From the NCBI GenBank assembly GCA_965200315.1, contig OZ241362.1, forward strand, positions 448,001 to 512,000: a stretch of 64,000 nucleotides of DNA, given 5' to 3'. Shown here piece by piece: positions 40,806 to 51,894 of the stretch. A program made the position numbers and the translations under genes. The stretch is from Candidatus Latescibacterota bacterium (lineage in GTDB: Bacteria; Latescibacterota; UBA2968; UBA8231). The notes beneath the pieces are model-generated. The model saw only the letters and a program-made list of their open reading frames with translations, had not been told where the DNA came from and searched no databases. Positions within the stretch are counted from its first letter, which is position 1; each line of letters begins with the position of its first letter.

Positions 40806-41390
40806 ATGACCATCGCCAGCCGACGGCTCGCTGCCTTGTTGGGAGTGGTCCTATTGCTGATTGGTGCCGCCGGCTGCGAGCTGCGGCAGGCCATGTACGA
40901 CCAAGAAAAATACGAGCCACTAGAGGCCTCGGCTTTCTTCGCCGACGGCATGTCCTTTCGTCCACAGGTTGACGGCACCGTAGCGCGGGGCCAATTGATG
41001 CTCGACGAGCACTTCTACCAAGGCAAAATGCAGGGCCAACTCGCGGAGACCTTGCCGGTGGCCGTTGACCGCCAGTTGCTAGAGCGCGGCCAAGAGCGCT
41101 ACGACATTTTCTGCGCCCCCTGCCACGGCAGGACCGGCGCAGGCAATGGCATGATCGTCCAGCGCGGGCTCAAACAGCCACCGACCTATCATCAACAGCG
41201 GCTGCGCGAGGTGCCCGTTGGCCACCTTTACGATGTCATTACCAATGGCTTTGGCGTCATGTATAGCTACGCTCCTCGCATCTCCGTGGCCGACCGCTGG
41301 GCCATCGTCGCCTATATCAAAGTGTTACAGCTAAGTCAGAATCTCGAGTTCGACCAATTGCCGGCCGAGGACCAAAGGCAACTTCAATGA
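40806..41390 (+). CDS. actE: Alternative complex III monoheme cytochrome c lipoprotein
   Basis: Lipobox AAGC; CAPCH; DRWAIVAYI. Confidence 0.92.
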   Translation: MTIASRRLAALLGVVLLLIGAAGCELRQAMYDQEKYEPLEASAFFADGMSFRPQVDGTVARGQLMLDEHFYQGKMQGQLAETLPVAVDRQLLERGQERYDIFCAPCHGRTGAGNGMIVQRGLKQPPTYHQQRLREVPVGHLYDVITNGFGVMYSYAPRISVADRWAIVAYIKVLQLSQNLEFDQLPAEDQRQLQ

Positions 41391-42622
41391 ACGAGTCGAT
41401 TACCCAACAGTCCGCCGCCCTACATCCCTATTTAGACAACCTCCAGCGCAGGGCACTGGCCGTGGGCTTGGCCGGCTTGGCCGCCACGGCGGTCGGCTAT
41501 TTCACCGACCAAGAGCAGTTCTTCCGCTCTTATTTGCTGGCCTTTACCTTCTGGATCGGCCTGCCTTTGGGCAGCTTGGGCATCCTCATGATCCACCACG
41601 TCGGCGGTGGCACTTGGGGGCTTTCGATCCGGCGTCTGCTCGAAGCCGCCACCCGCACCTTGCCGTTGCTGTTTGTGCTGTCTTTGCCAATCCTCTTCTT
41701 CGGCTTGCACGACCTCTACGAGTGGACACACCAGAACGTAGTCCAAGAAGACAACATCCTCCAGCAAAAGGCCCCCTTTCTCAACGAGCCGTTCTTTATA
41801 GTGCGCACTGTGCTCTACTTCGCCATCTGGGGACTATTCGCCTTCTTGCTCAACCGCTGGTCGCTGCAGCAGGATCAGACGACAGAGACGCATCCGACCC
41901 ATCGCATGCAGATCCTGAGCGGTCCGGGCATCGTCATTTTCTTTCTCACTGCGACGCTAGCTTCTATTGATTGGCTAATGTCCCTTGAGCCGCACTGGTT
42001 CTCGACGATCTTCGGCATCATCTACATCATAGGCATGGGACTGATGGCTTGGGGATTTGCGTTTCTCGTCGCTGTCCCCCTCTCGCGGCGAGAGCCGCTA
42101 CAGGGCGTGATTACCGAGCAGCACCTGCGCGACTTGGGCACTTTTATGCTAGCCTGCGTCATGCTCTGGGCATATACCTCATTTTCCCAGTTGCTCATCA
42201 TCTGGTCGGCTAATTTGCCCGAGGAAATCACCTGGTACATAACCCGTTTGGAGGGCGGTTGGCAGTACGTCGGCTACGGGCTGTTGGTGTTTCACTTTGC
42301 CGTCCCCTTTCTCTTTCTCATATCCAGCACTATGAAGTCCAAAACCAAGCTAATCGCCACCATTGCCGCCGGCTTGGTGTTCATGCGCTTGGTCGATTTG
42401 TACTGGATCACGGCACCGGCCTTCACCAAAGTCCACGCCGAAAAGGGTCCGAGCTTCCACAGCACTGGGCTCACCCCGCATTGGCTCGACCTAGCCATTC
42501 CAATCGGCATCGGCGGCATCGTCATCGCGCTTTTCTTCGCGCAGCTAAAAAAACGCACGCTGATCGCACAAAACGACCCCCGCTTTGCAGACCTTTACAG
42601 CGGCGAAAGCAATCATGGCTGA
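41387..42622 (+). CDS. actF: Alternative complex III subunit F
   Basis: Multi-TM; DWLMSLEPHWFSTIFG, IIWSANLPEE. Confidence 0.92.
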   Translation: MNESITQQSAALHPYLDNLQRRALAVGLAGLAATAVGYFTDQEQFFRSYLLAFTFWIGLPLGSLGILMIHHVGGGTWGLSIRRLLEAATRTLPLLFVLSLPILFFGLHDLYEWTHQNVVQEDNILQQKAPFLNEPFFIVRTVLYFAIWGLFAFLLNRWSLQQDQTTETHPTHRMQILSGPGIVIFFLTATLASIDWLMSLEPHWFSTIFGIIYIIGMGLMAWGFAFLVAVPLSRREPLQGVITEQHLRDLGTFMLACVMLWAYTSFSQLLIIWSANLPEEITWYITRLEGGWQYVGYGLLVFHFAVPFLFLISSTMKSKTKLIATIAAGLVFMRLVDLYWITAPAFTKVHAEKGPSFHSTGLTPHWLDLAIPIGIGGIVIALFFAQLKKRTLIAQNDPRFADLYSGESNHG

Positions 42623-43010
42623 ACAAGCACACGACCAAAGCAACGCCGGCTACGAGACAACCGATGCGCGGGTAACACCGCTGGCACAGACTGGCCTTTT
42701 TATTACTGCGCTAGTCATCGTTTCCTTTATCGGCATGATCGTCTTATTCAGGGCTTTCGCCTATTACCAAGAGAGCTTCGACGATCCGGTTCCGCCGCTG
42801 GTCGAGGCCCGCGTTGCCAGCGACGCGCCGAGGCTACAGGTAGACCCGCCAAAGCAAAAGTTCGAGTTGGCCCAAAGCGAGGCCGCCACCCTCAACTCCT
42901 ATGGCTGGATCGACGAACAAGTGAAGGTAGTACACATTCCCATCAAGCGAGCAATTGATCTGGTAAGCGAGGGCAAAATGCCGCTCATTGCTCCACCAGC
43001 GACACCATGA
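42615..43010 (+). CDS. Small membrane subunit, ActG-like
   Basis: GYETTD, one TM, PRLQ, LNSYGWID..HIPI..AI; position directly after actF. Confidence 0.75.
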   Translation: MAEQAHDQSNAGYETTDARVTPLAQTGLFITALVIVSFIGMIVLFRAFAYYQESFDDPVPPLVEARVASDAPRLQVDPPKQKFELAQSEAATLNSYGWIDEQVKVVHIPIKRAIDLVSEGKMPLIAPPATP

Positions 43011-43846
43011 ACGGATCTACAACGACATTCGCTCGCAGCGCGATCTTTTCGGTATTGACTCTGCCGCTTTTGCTAGCCGGCCATACTGGGGCGCAGAGCT
43101 ATACCCAGCAGTTGCAAAAGAGCATCGGCATCGACCAGAAATTGGGCGACCAGATCCCCTTGGATCTCGAATTCACCGACTCCAGCGGCGAGCGCGTCTC
43201 CCTGAGCCAATACTTCGGCAAAAAGCCCATCGTACTCACCTTAGTGTACTACGAGTGCCCCATGCTCTGCACCCAAGTGCTGAATAGCCTCTTGCGGGCG
43301 ATGAACGTCCTGAGTTTTGGCATTGGCACGGATTTCGATGTTTTGACCATCAGCGTCGATCCGGGTGAAACGCCGGAATTGGCCGCGGCCAAAAAAGCCG
43401 AGTACAGCAAAAACTATCGCGGCCGCGATAGCTCTACGGGTTGGCATTTTCTCACCGGAGAGGAAGACCAGATCAAGCAGTTAGCAGCAGCGGTCGGCTT
43501 TCGCTACGAATACGACGAAGACACTGACCAGTACATCCACGCCAGCGGCTTGATGGTGCTGACGCCGGAAGGCAAACTAGCGCGCTATTTATACGGTATC
43601 GATTACCCTCCGCGCGACTTGCGCTGGGGCCTCGTCGAAGCAGCCGACGGTGCCATCGGCAATCCAGTTGATCAGCTCCTCTTGCTTTGCTATAGCTACG
43701 ACCCAATGACCGGCAAATATGGTCTCTACATCCGCAATTCCCTGCGCATCGGTGGGCTAATTACCGTGTTGGCTCTCGCGACTTTTATCATCGCTATGAT
43801 CAAGCGGGAGCGCCGCAACAACCTGCACCAGCCTCAGTTCAACTAG
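43007..43846 (+). CDS. SCO1/SenC copper chaperone
   Basis: YYECPMLC, YIHASG, ARYLYG. Confidence 0.92.
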   Translation: MNGSTTTFARSAIFSVLTLPLLLAGHTGAQSYTQQLQKSIGIDQKLGDQIPLDLEFTDSSGERVSLSQYFGKKPIVLTLVYYECPMLCTQVLNSLLRAMNVLSFGIGTDFDVLTISVDPGETPELAAAKKAEYSKNYRGRDSSTGWHFLTGEEDQIKQLAAAVGFRYEYDEDTDQYIHASGLMVLTPEGKLARYLYGIDYPPRDLRWGLVEAADGAIGNPVDQLLLLCYSYDPMTGKYGLYIRNSLRIGGLITVLALATFIIAMIKRERRNNLHQPQFN

Positions 43847-43855
43847 TTCGGAGCC

Positions 43856-44800
43856 TTGAACCGCATGTCCGACTTTCCACTTTTTCCTGCCCAAGCCTCC
43901 ACCATCGCCTGGCAAGTAGATGCCCTGTACGCATTCTTACTCGTCTTGACCGTGGTCTTCTGCCTGCTTGTCTTCGGCATGGTAATCATCTTCGGCATCA
44001 AGTACCGCCGCCGCTCGGAAGACGAACAGCCCGAGCAAACTCACGGCAATCTTGTCCTCGAACTGTCTTGGACCATCATTCCCCTCTTTTTGGCGCTTTT
44101 TGTCTTTTTGCTTGGGGCTGATGTTTTCTTTCGGCTCCAGCGACCGCCGTCCGACCCCTTGGAGATCTACGCGGTTGGCAAGCAGTGGATGTGGAAAATC
44201 CAACACGAATCGGGCAAGCGAGAAATCAATACCCTGCACGTACCCAAGGGCCAGACCGTCCGCCTGACCATGACTTCGGAGGACGTAATCCACGACTTTT
44301 TCATCCCGGCTTTCCGGGTCAAAAACGACGTGTTGCCTGGCCGCTACACGACCCTGTGGTTCGAGGCTACGCAGACGGGCGAGTTCCACTTATTCTGCGC
44401 TGAGTATTGCGGCACCCAGCACTCGGGTATGATCGGCAAGGTGATCGTCTTAGAGCCCGCGGATTACCACGACTGGCTAATGGGAGCGTCCAGCGGCGAA
44501 TCCATGGTCGAGGCGGGTGAGCGCCAGTTCCAGCAACTCGGCTGCGAGACCTGTCACAAATCCACGGCCACGGGTCGCGGCCCTTCGTTGGTCGGGATTT
44601 ACGACAAGCCGGTGACACTCAACAACGGGCAAGAAGTCGTCGTCGATAGCGACTACATCCGCGAGTCCATACTCCAGCCCACGGCCAAAATAGTCGCTGG
44701 GTATGAGCCAATTATGCCCGTCTTTGAAGGGCAGGTCAGCGAGCAGTCGCTGTTGCAAATCGCGTCTTATATCAAATCCCTGAGTGAGTCCGCAGAGTGA
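43856..44800 (+). CDS. coxB: Cytochrome c oxidase subunit II with a fused cytochrome c (caa3)
   Basis: [18 protein letters not shown] (CuA), CETCH. Confidence 0.95.
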   Translation: MNRMSDFPLFPAQASTIAWQVDALYAFLLVLTVVFCLLVFGMVIIFGIKYRRRSEDEQPEQTHGNLVLELSWTIIPLFLALFVFLLGADVFFRLQRPPSDPLEIYAVGKQWMWKIQHESGKREINTLHVPKGQTVRLTMTSEDVIHDFFIPAFRVKNDVLPGRYTTLWFEATQTGEFHLFCAEYCGTQHSGMIGKVIVLEPADYHDWLMGASSGESMVEAGERQFQQLGCETCHKSTATGRGPSLVGIYDKPVTLNNGQEVVVDSDYIRESILQPTAKIVAGYEPIMPVFEGQVSEQSLLQIASYIKSLSESAE

Positions 44801-44825
44801 ACATCTCAACGAGGTCATTCAAGCC

Positions 44826-46493
44826 ATGAGCCATGCAATCAGTGCCAACGGCGAGCCGAGAAACTACCTCAACGAAACGTATGGGATCAAATCTTGGCTC
44901 CTGACCCTAGATCACAAGCGCATCGGTATCCTCTACTTGATAACGATGGCGATCTTCTTCTTGGTCGGCAGCATGTTTGCCAGCCTCATTCGCTTTGAAC
45001 TGATGACGCCCAAAGGCGATTTGGTCGAGGCCGAGACCTACAACAAGCTCTTCACCATGCATGGCGTGGTGATGATCTTCTTCTTTCTCATCCCCTCTAT
45101 CCCGGCCGCGCTGGGCAACTTTCTCATTCCCCTGCAGATCGGCGCACGGGACGTGGCCTTCCCCCGCCTAAATCTCCTCAGCTACTATCTCTACACAGCC
45201 GGGGGGCTATTTGCCGTGCTGGCCATCATCATGGGGGGCATTGATACGGGTTGGACCTTTTACACGCCTTACAGTAGCACGTACTCTACCTCATTTGTTT
45301 CTTTGGCCCTAGTCGGCGTTTTTATCAACGGTTTCTCTTCGATCCTGACCGGGGTCAACTTCATGGTCACCATCCACAAGATGCGAGCCCCGGGTATGAC
45401 GTGGTTCCGCTTGCCGCTTTTTATTTGGGGGCACTACGCGACCAGCCTGATTCAGGTACTAGGCACTCCGGTGGTGGCCATCACCTTATTGCTGGTCTGT
45501 TTCGAGCGCGCCTTCAAGATCGGCATTTTCGATCCCAATTACGGCGGCGACCCGGTGCTTTTCCAGCACATGTTCTGGTTTTACTCGCATCCGGCCGTGT
45601 ACATCATGATCCTGCCGGGCTTTGCCGTCATCAGCGAAGTTGTATCTTGCTTCTCGCGCAAGCGCGTCTTCGGCTATTCCTTTGTGGCTTTTTCCTCGCT
45701 GGCCATCGCCGTCCTTGGCTTTCTCGTCTGGGGCCACCATTTGTTCGTGTCGGGCCAATCAACCTATGCCAGCATGGTCTTTTCCTTCATCACCTTCTTT
45801 ATCGCCGTACCCACCGCCATCAAAATTTTCAACTGGTCTTTCACCCTCTACAAAGCCTCGGTTAAGCTAGACTCGCCCATGCTCTACGTGATGGGCTTTA
45901 TCGGCCTTTTCACTATCGGCGGGCTGACGGGCCTGTTCCTCTCCACTTTGGGCCTAGATGTCCATCTCCACGATACCTACTTCGTGGTCGCCCACTTCCA
46001 CTATGTCATGGTGGGCGGCATGGTCATGGGGTTCCTCTGCGGCCTGCATTTTTGGTGGCCTAAAATGACCGGACGCATGTATTCGGAAGGAGCGGCCAAG
46101 CTCGGCGTCATGTTCGTCTTCGCCGGGTTCAACTTGACCTTCTTTCCGCAATTTATCTTGGGTTACCTAGGGATGCCTCGGCGCTATCACGCCTATCCCG
46201 AGGAATGGCAGGCCCTCAACATCATGTCCACGGCGGGTGCCACTGTCCTCGGATTGGGCTTCTCGCTGACCATCATCTATCTCCTCTGGTCCTTGTTTAA
46301 GGGCGAGAAGGCCACCGCCAATCCGTTCCAAGCCAAGGGTCTCGAATGGGACATCCCCTCGCCGCCCATAGCCCACAACTTTGAAGCCATCCCGATAGTT
46401 ACCTGGGAAGCCTATCCCTACGGCGAGGAGGAACCTACGGCACCGAGCACTGAGGCCGTACCTGAACGCGCTAAGGAGGATGAAGTTGTCTGA
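44826..46493 (+). CDS. coxA: Cytochrome c oxidase subunit I, A2 type
   Basis: [14 protein letters not shown] (YS = A2), [16 protein letters not shown]. Confidence 0.97.
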   Translation: MSHAISANGEPRNYLNETYGIKSWLLTLDHKRIGILYLITMAIFFLVGSMFASLIRFELMTPKGDLVEAETYNKLFTMHGVVMIFFFLIPSIPAALGNFLIPLQIGARDVAFPRLNLLSYYLYTAGGLFAVLAIIMGGIDTGWTFYTPYSSTYSTSFVSLALVGVFINGFSSILTGVNFMVTIHKMRAPGMTWFRLPLFIWGHYATSLIQVLGTPVVAITLLLVCFERAFKIGIFDPNYGGDPVLFQHMFWFYSHPAVYIMILPGFAVISEVVSCFSRKRVFGYSFVAFSSLAIAVLGFLVWGHHLFVSGQSTYASMVFSFITFFIAVPTAIKIFNWSFTLYKASVKLDSPMLYVMGFIGLFTIGGLTGLFLSTLGLDVHLHDTYFVVAHFHYVMVGGMVMGFLCGLHFWWPKMTGRMYSEGAAKLGVMFVFAGFNLTFFPQFILGYLGMPRRYHAYPEEWQALNIMSTAGATVLGLGFSLTIIYLLWSLFKGEKATANPFQAKGLEWDIPSPPIAHNFEAIPIVTWEAYPYGEEEPTAPSTEAVPERAKEDEVV

Positions 46494-47145
46494 ACACGCA
46501 CATAGCGCCCACCACCTACACCAGTTCGAGACGGCGCAGCAGCAATACGAAGCCGCCAGTCTCGGCATGTGGGCGTTCATCATCCAAGAAATCCTGTTCT
46601 TCGGGGGGTTGTTTGGTGCCTATACTGTGTATCGCTTCAAATATATCGAAGCCTTTACGGCTGGCTCTCACCTCCTGAGCATCGGCTGGGGTACCTTCAA
46701 CACCATCGTGCTGATCGCCAGCAGCCTAACCATGGCGCTGGCCGTCCGCGCCGCGCAGACCAATGCTGGTCGCAACGCGATTACGGGGTGGCTCGTCGCC
46801 ACGATCATTCTCGGCTGCGCCTTCTTAGGCGTCAAGTACATTGAGTACAGCTCCAAGTGGTACGATCACCTCATCCCTAGTAGCATGTTCCAGTGGAACG
46901 ACCCGGCGGTCACGCTCGGCAACGCCAAAATTTTCTTCTCGTTTTACTTCGTGATGACTGGGATGCACGCGCTGCACATGGTCGTCGGCGTCGGCATCAT
47001 GCTGTGGATGATCGCCAAGGTCCGGCGCAACGAGATTTCGGCTCAGTACTTTACGCCGATTGAAATCAGCGGCCTCTATTGGCACTTCGTCGATATCGTG
47101 TGGATTTTCCTCTTCCCACTGCTCTATCTGATTGGACGCCACTAA
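46480..47145 (+). CDS. coxC: Cytochrome c oxidase subunit III
   Basis: [23 protein letters not shown]. Confidence 0.95.
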   Translation: MKLSEHAHSAHHLHQFETAQQQYEAASLGMWAFIIQEILFFGGLFGAYTVYRFKYIEAFTAGSHLLSIGWGTFNTIVLIASSLTMALAVRAAQTNAGRNAITGWLVATIILGCAFLGVKYIEYSSKWYDHLIPSSMFQWNDPAVTLGNAKIFFSFYFVMTGMHALHMVVGVGIMLWMIAKVRRNEISAQYFTPIEISGLYWHFVDIVWIFLFPLLYLIGRH

Positions 47146-47474
47146 TGTCTGAACATCACGTCGTCCCGCTCAAGATCTACTTTCTGATCTTCTCCGCCCT
47201 GATGATCGGCACCGTTATCACGGTGGCCGCCGCCTTCGTCGACATGGGCTTTTTGAATACCCCGGTCGCCCTGATTATCGCCCTAGTAAAGGCATCGCTA
47301 GTCATCTTGTTCTTCATGCACGTAAAATACAGTCCCAAGCTAGTCGGGCTTTTCGCAGTCGCCGGCTTTTTCTGGCTGTGTATCCTATTGGCCTTGACCA
47401 TGCAGGACTACTATACGCGGGGCTGGGGTGAGGAAGCGCCAGTGGAGTTTCTCAAGCAGGGATCGTTCTTCTAA
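47145..47474 (+). CDS. coxD: Cytochrome c oxidase subunit IV (CtaF/CyoD-like)
   Basis: IALVKASLVILFFMHVKY; ATG overlaps the coxC stop. Confidence 0.88.
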   Translation: MSEHHVVPLKIYFLIFSALMIGTVITVAAAFVDMGFLNTPVALIIALVKASLVILFFMHVKYSPKLVGLFAVAGFFWLCILLALTMQDYYTRGWGEEAPVEFLKQGSFF

Positions 47475-47501
47475 ATCCTAAACCCTCTACAGTATTTCAC
47501 G

Positions 47502-47537
47502 AAAATAGCCCGGGCCGCTTGAGCGATCCGGGCTATT
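47502..47537. terminator. Bidirectional terminator between convergent operons
   Basis: AATAGCCCGG/CCGGGCTATT stem. Confidence 0.75.
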
Positions 47538-47571
47538 GTATTGCCGCAATGTTCTACCTTACTGGTCGTCC

Positions 47572-48159
47572 TCACTCTGAACCGGCTATCATGGTTTCGG
47601 CCAACGCAAAGCAGCAGGAACTGCGGGCTTGCCCCAAACTTTTGCTCCAAGCGTCGCGCGGATAAGGGCGGCCGGGTACGGCCCTGCTGTCGAGTTGCAT
47701 CTGGCCAGCGGCAGCAAAAACCAGCACCGTGAAGACGATCTGAGGATTGATGGTAGGCGGGCCGACTAGAGGGCTTTCCAATTGCTCCCAAGTAGCAGTC
47801 AGGGTATGGTGCTCGCTTTGGATGGTCCAAGAAGGAGCGCGGTCAATGCGGCCAGCGCGGATGAAAGTCGCTCTCCATTGAGGCAGGTCGCGGTCGAATG
47901 GATTATTGCTGCCGCGAATCATGGTGGCAGTAATAAAATCGGCCAAGTCGGGATTGTCGGTGCCGACGGCGGTCAGGCCCTCGGAGCCGGGAATGTCGAT
48001 ATAGGCCACCGTTCCCCGGCCGGCGGGGCTGTAGGCGGCACTGTACAGACTGAGTTGGCCGCTATCGGCTTGGCCGCCGGGCGGACGCAGATAGAGAATC
48101 CAGTGTTCGCCAGACCAGAGTAGCGGACCTCGGCTGAGGGCAGCGACACGATGGATCAT
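47572..48159 (-). CDS. Hypothetical beta-rich protein
   Basis: 195-aa ORF with normal composition; no family recognised. Confidence 0.65.
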   Translation of the reverse strand: MIHRVAALSRGPLLWSGEHWILYLRPPGGQADSGQLSLYSAAYSPAGRGTVAYIDIPGSEGLTAVGTDNPDLADFITATMIRGSNNPFDRDLPQWRATFIRAGRIDRAPSWTIQSEHHTLTATWEQLESPLVGPPTINPQIVFTVLVFAAAGQMQLDSRAVPGRPYPRDAWSKSLGQARSSCCFALAETMIAGSE

Positions 48160-48572
48160 CTAAACCGCCTCGGGGGCAACGGCCACAATCCCTTCAGGCG
48201 CGTAACGGGCGAAGTCTGCCGTGTTGAAGGTCAGGATATGCGTTGCGCCATGCGAAAGAATCGCCGCAACCAATCGGGCATCGTGAACCTGAACACCTGA
48301 TACACCATAAGTCACAACAAGTCGTCTCCATTCAGCATACAGAGTCGGCAAATCTGGCAGCAAAGGAAACAGTCGCTCCGCACGTTGCAAGAGTCTATCT
48401 GTTTCCAATGGCGTAAGTCCAAAACCGTTTTGATCAATGGGACGAGTTGATGCATTCCAGAATTCTATGAAATTGTCCGCAACTTACGTACAGCCGCTCG
48501 AACAATCGGATAACGTGGATCAGCGCGATATAAAACTCGCAACAAGACATTTGTATCGGCCAGATAAATCAC
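48160..48572 (-). pseudogene. PIN-domain (VapC) toxin, frameshifted
   Basis: GTG-IYLADTNVLLR..RKLRTIS* in one frame continues as NFIEFWNASTRP..HDARLVA..TFNTADF in another frame near 48472. Confidence 0.85.
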
Positions 48573-48574
48573 GA

Positions 48575-48904
48575 CTATAAATGATCCTCGTAAAGTCCTT
48601 TGCGGCTAACCGCGTAATCGGATAATGGCGGGCAATCGGGACCAACACAATCCATAAAATCGTCGGCCAACTGATCGGCTAGGGCCTCGAATTTATCATC
48701 AGATAACAACTCTACCTTAGCCTGCTCCCAAGGGATAGATTCTTCTGCGGTGGCGCGCAGGCGGTCAATCTCTTCTGAGTCTTCAAGGTCCTCTAGCAAA
48801 TTCAACAGTGCTTCCCAAACCGCATAGTCAAGCAGCACCGCTTGCTTCTCGCCATTAGAGTCCACGACAAACCGAGATTTTTGCATCAAGTCAGCAACGC
48901 CCAT
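48575..48904 (-). CDS. Antitoxin-like protein, apparently chimeric
   Basis: AAGGAG RBS; FVVDSNGEKQAVLL..IPWEQAKVEL joined to ..PPLSDYAVSRKGLYEDHL; lies upstream of the PIN gene. Confidence 0.7.
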   Translation of the reverse strand: MGVADLMQKSRFVVDSNGEKQAVLLDYAVWEALLNLLEDLEDSEEIDRLRATAEESIPWEQAKVELLSDDKFEALADQLADDFMDCVGPDCPPLSDYAVSRKGLYEDHL

Positions 48905-48941
48905 TTTGTTCTCCTTTTCTGCATACGGTTCCAAACGGCCC

Positions 48942-49307
48942 TCAAGCAATGTCGCGGACGAGCACCAAAATCGCCGCTTGCGGCACGACGATGAACTTTT
49001 CGTCGTCGAACTTGATTTCCACCGCGTCTTTGCGCAGGAAAATGGCGTGGTCGCCTTTTTTGGCCTGGAGGCCGATGTAGCGCATCTGCTCGTTCCCCTC
49101 TTGGTCCCAAGGCGCACCATCGTCACCGGCAGTCGGCGGCAAGGGAACGCCCGGCCCGACCTCTTCTACGCGCCCGCTTTGCACATTCTCCTTTTCCAAG
49201 GCGGTCGGCGGCAAATAAAGCCCCACGGCCGTGCGCTCTTCCATGTCGTCAACCCGAATTAGTACGCGGTCGCCGACTACATACAGTTCCTTGTCGCCCC
49301 TAATCAT
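48942..49307 (-). CDS. Stand-alone GroES-family protein
   Basis: GGAGGAG RBS; VGDRVLI..T..GLYLP..GRVEEVGPG..GD. Confidence 0.85.
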   Translation of the reverse strand: MIRGDKELYVVGDRVLIRVDDMEERTAVGLYLPPTALEKENVQSGRVEEVGPGVPLPPTAGDDGAPWDQEGNEQMRYIGLQAKKGDHAIFLRKDAVEIKFDDEKFIVVPQAAILVLVRDIA

Positions 49308-49321
49308 CTGCTCCTCCTGAG

Positions 49322-50536
49322 TTAAGACGCCAAGCGCAAACACTCGCTGTAGCGCTCGAAGCGCTCCCCTTCCCCCTCTGCTGGATCGACGTACTTGAGC
49401 CAAAGGGCACTGTCTTTCTTGTCGCCGCTGAGTTTGCGACGGCTGCCGAGGTTGCTCGGATCAATGCCGTTCCACACCACTTGGCCGTCCTGCATATAGA
49501 TGAACTCCCCTCGGTAGCGGTCAATGAGCTTCCGCTGTTCGTCTTGGTAGATCAGCCCCTGTTCGCAGGTGGTGCGCCGCCAATTGGCCACTGTGGCGTC
49601 TGAGTCCGTAGATACGGAGTCAAATTCGGCCAGCGGAGCCTCTACCTCGCTCGCAAAGTCAATCTCGTTCAAATCCACCGTGCCAAAGCCGTGCTCGGCA
49701 GCGATTAACAGGTGATTGCGGTCGCGGCGAAAAGGCGGGGTAGGCCAATCGGAGTGGGGATCGTGGCCCATCAAGGTCATACCGCAGGTGTCGGTCGCCA
49801 CCGGATGATCGCCGGCCAGCAAGGCATTGCAAATCCGGCCCTCGCCACCCCATTCGCGGCCCCATTGGCCGGTGAGGGCCTCGACGATGTTGAGGCAAGG
49901 TTTGGTAATCATGCCCAAGTCCGGCAGGACGTAGGAAAGCCGGATGAGATGGTGATAATACGACCGCGTCCGCCCTTCCGGCGGGATCATCGGCGGCAAG
50001 CCAAAGAGGTTTTTCAGGGTCAATGTAATGCCCATAAAGGCGTGATTCTTCATCTTGGCGATGGATACCACCTCGTCGGCCTCGGCAAAGATGGCATTGA
50101 GCAGGTAATGGTCGAACATGCAGCCGCCACCGGGCACGTCGTACGTGGCAAAGGGGGGCAAATTCGAGTCCACATAGCGGACGCCAAAATCGTCCAGAAT
50201 ATAGCGGTAGTTAAAGTCGTCGGGCGTTACATGGCCGTTGCCGTAGGGGTAGGTGTCGGTGGCGATTAGCTCGGCTGTAGTCCGCTCTCGCAGCAGGCGC
50301 AGCACCGCACGAGCCACGGCATCATCTACCAACTCTCTTCGGCGACCAGCGAAGTACTCGATGCGCTCCGGCGGCTTGATCATATTGAATTTTAATACGA
50401 TCCGCCGCGCCTTTTCCAGCTTCTTCCAAGAGCGCTCCAGCGGATCGGTAGTCCGTTTGAGTACCTCGTATATTTCTTCCTCGCTCGCTCGATGATCGCA
50501 GTGCGAAGCCCTAACAGTGTACTGTCTATCGTCCAT
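49322..50536 (-). CDS. DUF362-domain protein
   Basis: IVLKFN, SIAKMKNH..ITLTLKNLFG, DHPVATD. Confidence 0.85.
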   Translation of the reverse strand: MDDRQYTVRASHCDHRASEEEIYEVLKRTTDPLERSWKKLEKARRIVLKFNMIKPPERIEYFAGRRRELVDDAVARAVLRLLRERTTAELIATDTYPYGNGHVTPDDFNYRYILDDFGVRYVDSNLPPFATYDVPGGGCMFDHYLLNAIFAEADEVVSIAKMKNHAFMGITLTLKNLFGLPPMIPPEGRTRSYYHHLIRLSYVLPDLGMITKPCLNIVEALTGQWGREWGGEGRICNALLAGDHPVATDTCGMTLMGHDPHSDWPTPPFRRDRNHLLIAAEHGFGTVDLNEIDFASEVEAPLAEFDSVSTDSDATVANWRRTTCEQGLIYQDEQRKLIDRYRGEFIYMQDGQVVWNGIDPSNLGSRRKLSGDKKDSALWLKYVDPAEGEGERFERYSECLRLAS

Positions 50537-50568
50537 GATGCCTTTCCCTTCCTGTTAAGTGTTTGTGG

Positions 50569-51894
50569 CTACTCGCCGAGGACGCCCACGGTCTGTTCGA
50601 GCCGCATCAGGGCAAGTGCCTTGTCGCGGCGCGCGACAGCGCTTTGGGTGCGCGCCTCCACTAGAGCCAATTGCGCGTCCAGATTTTCCAATTGCGTACC
50701 GACCCCACTCGCATAGCGCACCTCGGCGACTTCTAGCCCCTTCTCAGCCTGCAATACCGCATGGCGGTGGGCCTCAATGCGCTGGCTGGCTTCCTCGACC
50801 GCATAATAAGCCTGCTGGATTTGCAGCCGCACCTCTCTCGCTATTCGCTGCTGGTCGTACTCTATCCGGCGTAGCTCCTGCCGCGCTTGCGCTACGCGCG
50901 CCCCGGTGAGCCGCCCGTCGAAAAGCGGCATTTGCACTACTAGCCCGGTGTTCCAACTCTTGCGCCACTCCCGATCGACCAAGTCAAACTCGTCGCTTTG
51001 GAACTGGGTTTGCCCCGCGGCTACCAGTTCCACGCTAGGCCGATTAGCAGCTTGATCGGCGGCGATTTTCCGCTCGTGCCATCCTATTGCTTGCTCGACG
51101 TGTGCTAGCTCTGGCCGCTTCGCTAGCCCCAAGGCGACGAGCCCGTCCAGATCGTCGAGATCGAGCGTGGTCTCGGTGCGGAACGTTCCCCGCACTTCTA
51201 TGGCTTGGTCTAAGTCTAAACCCACGACATCCTTGAGAGCCATCGTGGCCAGCCGCAGGTTGTTTTCGGAGCTGATGGAGTCGGCGCGCATGTTTGATAC
51301 CTGTACCTGAGCGCGCAACTGATCCAACTCAGCGGCCCGACCAGCCTGGGCTTGGGCCTCCACTTGCGACAGATTGCGTCTGGCCCACGCCAGCGCCAAG
51401 TGCGATACGGTGCGCAATTCCTCGGCTAGCATCAGGTCGTAAAATCGCTCCTCTACCTCGGCTAGCACGAGTTGTGTTGTCTGCCGCTCGGTTTCGCCGA
51501 GCATGGCAAATTGGCGGCGAGCCATGTCCTCAGTAGCGCGAATGCGGCCTCCAGCATAGAGCGGCTGGCGCACACTCACGACGCCCGTGAGGTTGTTTTC
51601 CGTGCCGATCCTGACGGCACTGCCAGCAAAGACAAAAGAAGGTAGCAGCCAGTTGCGACTATACGTGAAGGAGGCATCGACCCGCGGCAACCCCGCCGCT
51701 CGCGCTACGCGGAGTTCCTCGCGCCCGCTCAGCAGGTCAATGCGGGCTTGCAACAGGCGCTCGTTGTTTTCTTGCACCAGAGCCAACCCGGTTTGCAAGT
51801 CGAGGATCAACGGCTTGTCTGCATGGGCCGGGCGACTGGCGACTACACACAAGACCATCAAGCAGAACGCCCCCACCCTGATCTTGCTCAACAT
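50569..51894 (-). CDS. TolC-family outer membrane efflux protein
   Basis: Signal peptide; VRQPLYAGG, MPLFDG, RYASGVGT..LDAQ. Confidence 0.9.
   Translation of the reverse strand: MLSKIRVGAFCLMVLCVVASRPAHADKPLILDLQTGLALVQENNERLLQARIDLLSGREELRVARAAGLPRVDASFTYSRNWLLPSFVFAGSAVRIGTENNLTGVVSVRQPLYAGGRIRATEDMARRQFAMLGETERQTTQLVLAEVEERFYDLMLAEELRTVSHLALAWARRNLSQVEAQAQAGRAAELDQLRAQVQVSNMRADSISSENNLRLATMALKDVVGLDLDQAIEVRGTFRTETTLDLDDLDGLVALGLAKRPELAHVEQAIGWHERKIAADQAANRPSVELVAAGQTQFQSDEFDLVDREWRKSWNTGLVVQMPLFDGRLTGARVAQARQELRRIEYDQQRIAREVRLQIQQAYYAVEEASQRIEAHRHAVLQAEKGLEVAEVRYASGVGTQLENLDAQLALVEARTQSAVARRDKALALMRLEQTVGVLGE

Noticed and set aside
48905-49403. Long N-terminal extensions of ORFs 48575..49126 and 48942..49403
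   Set aside because: They overlap neighbouring genes; strong RBSs support starts at 48904 and 49307.
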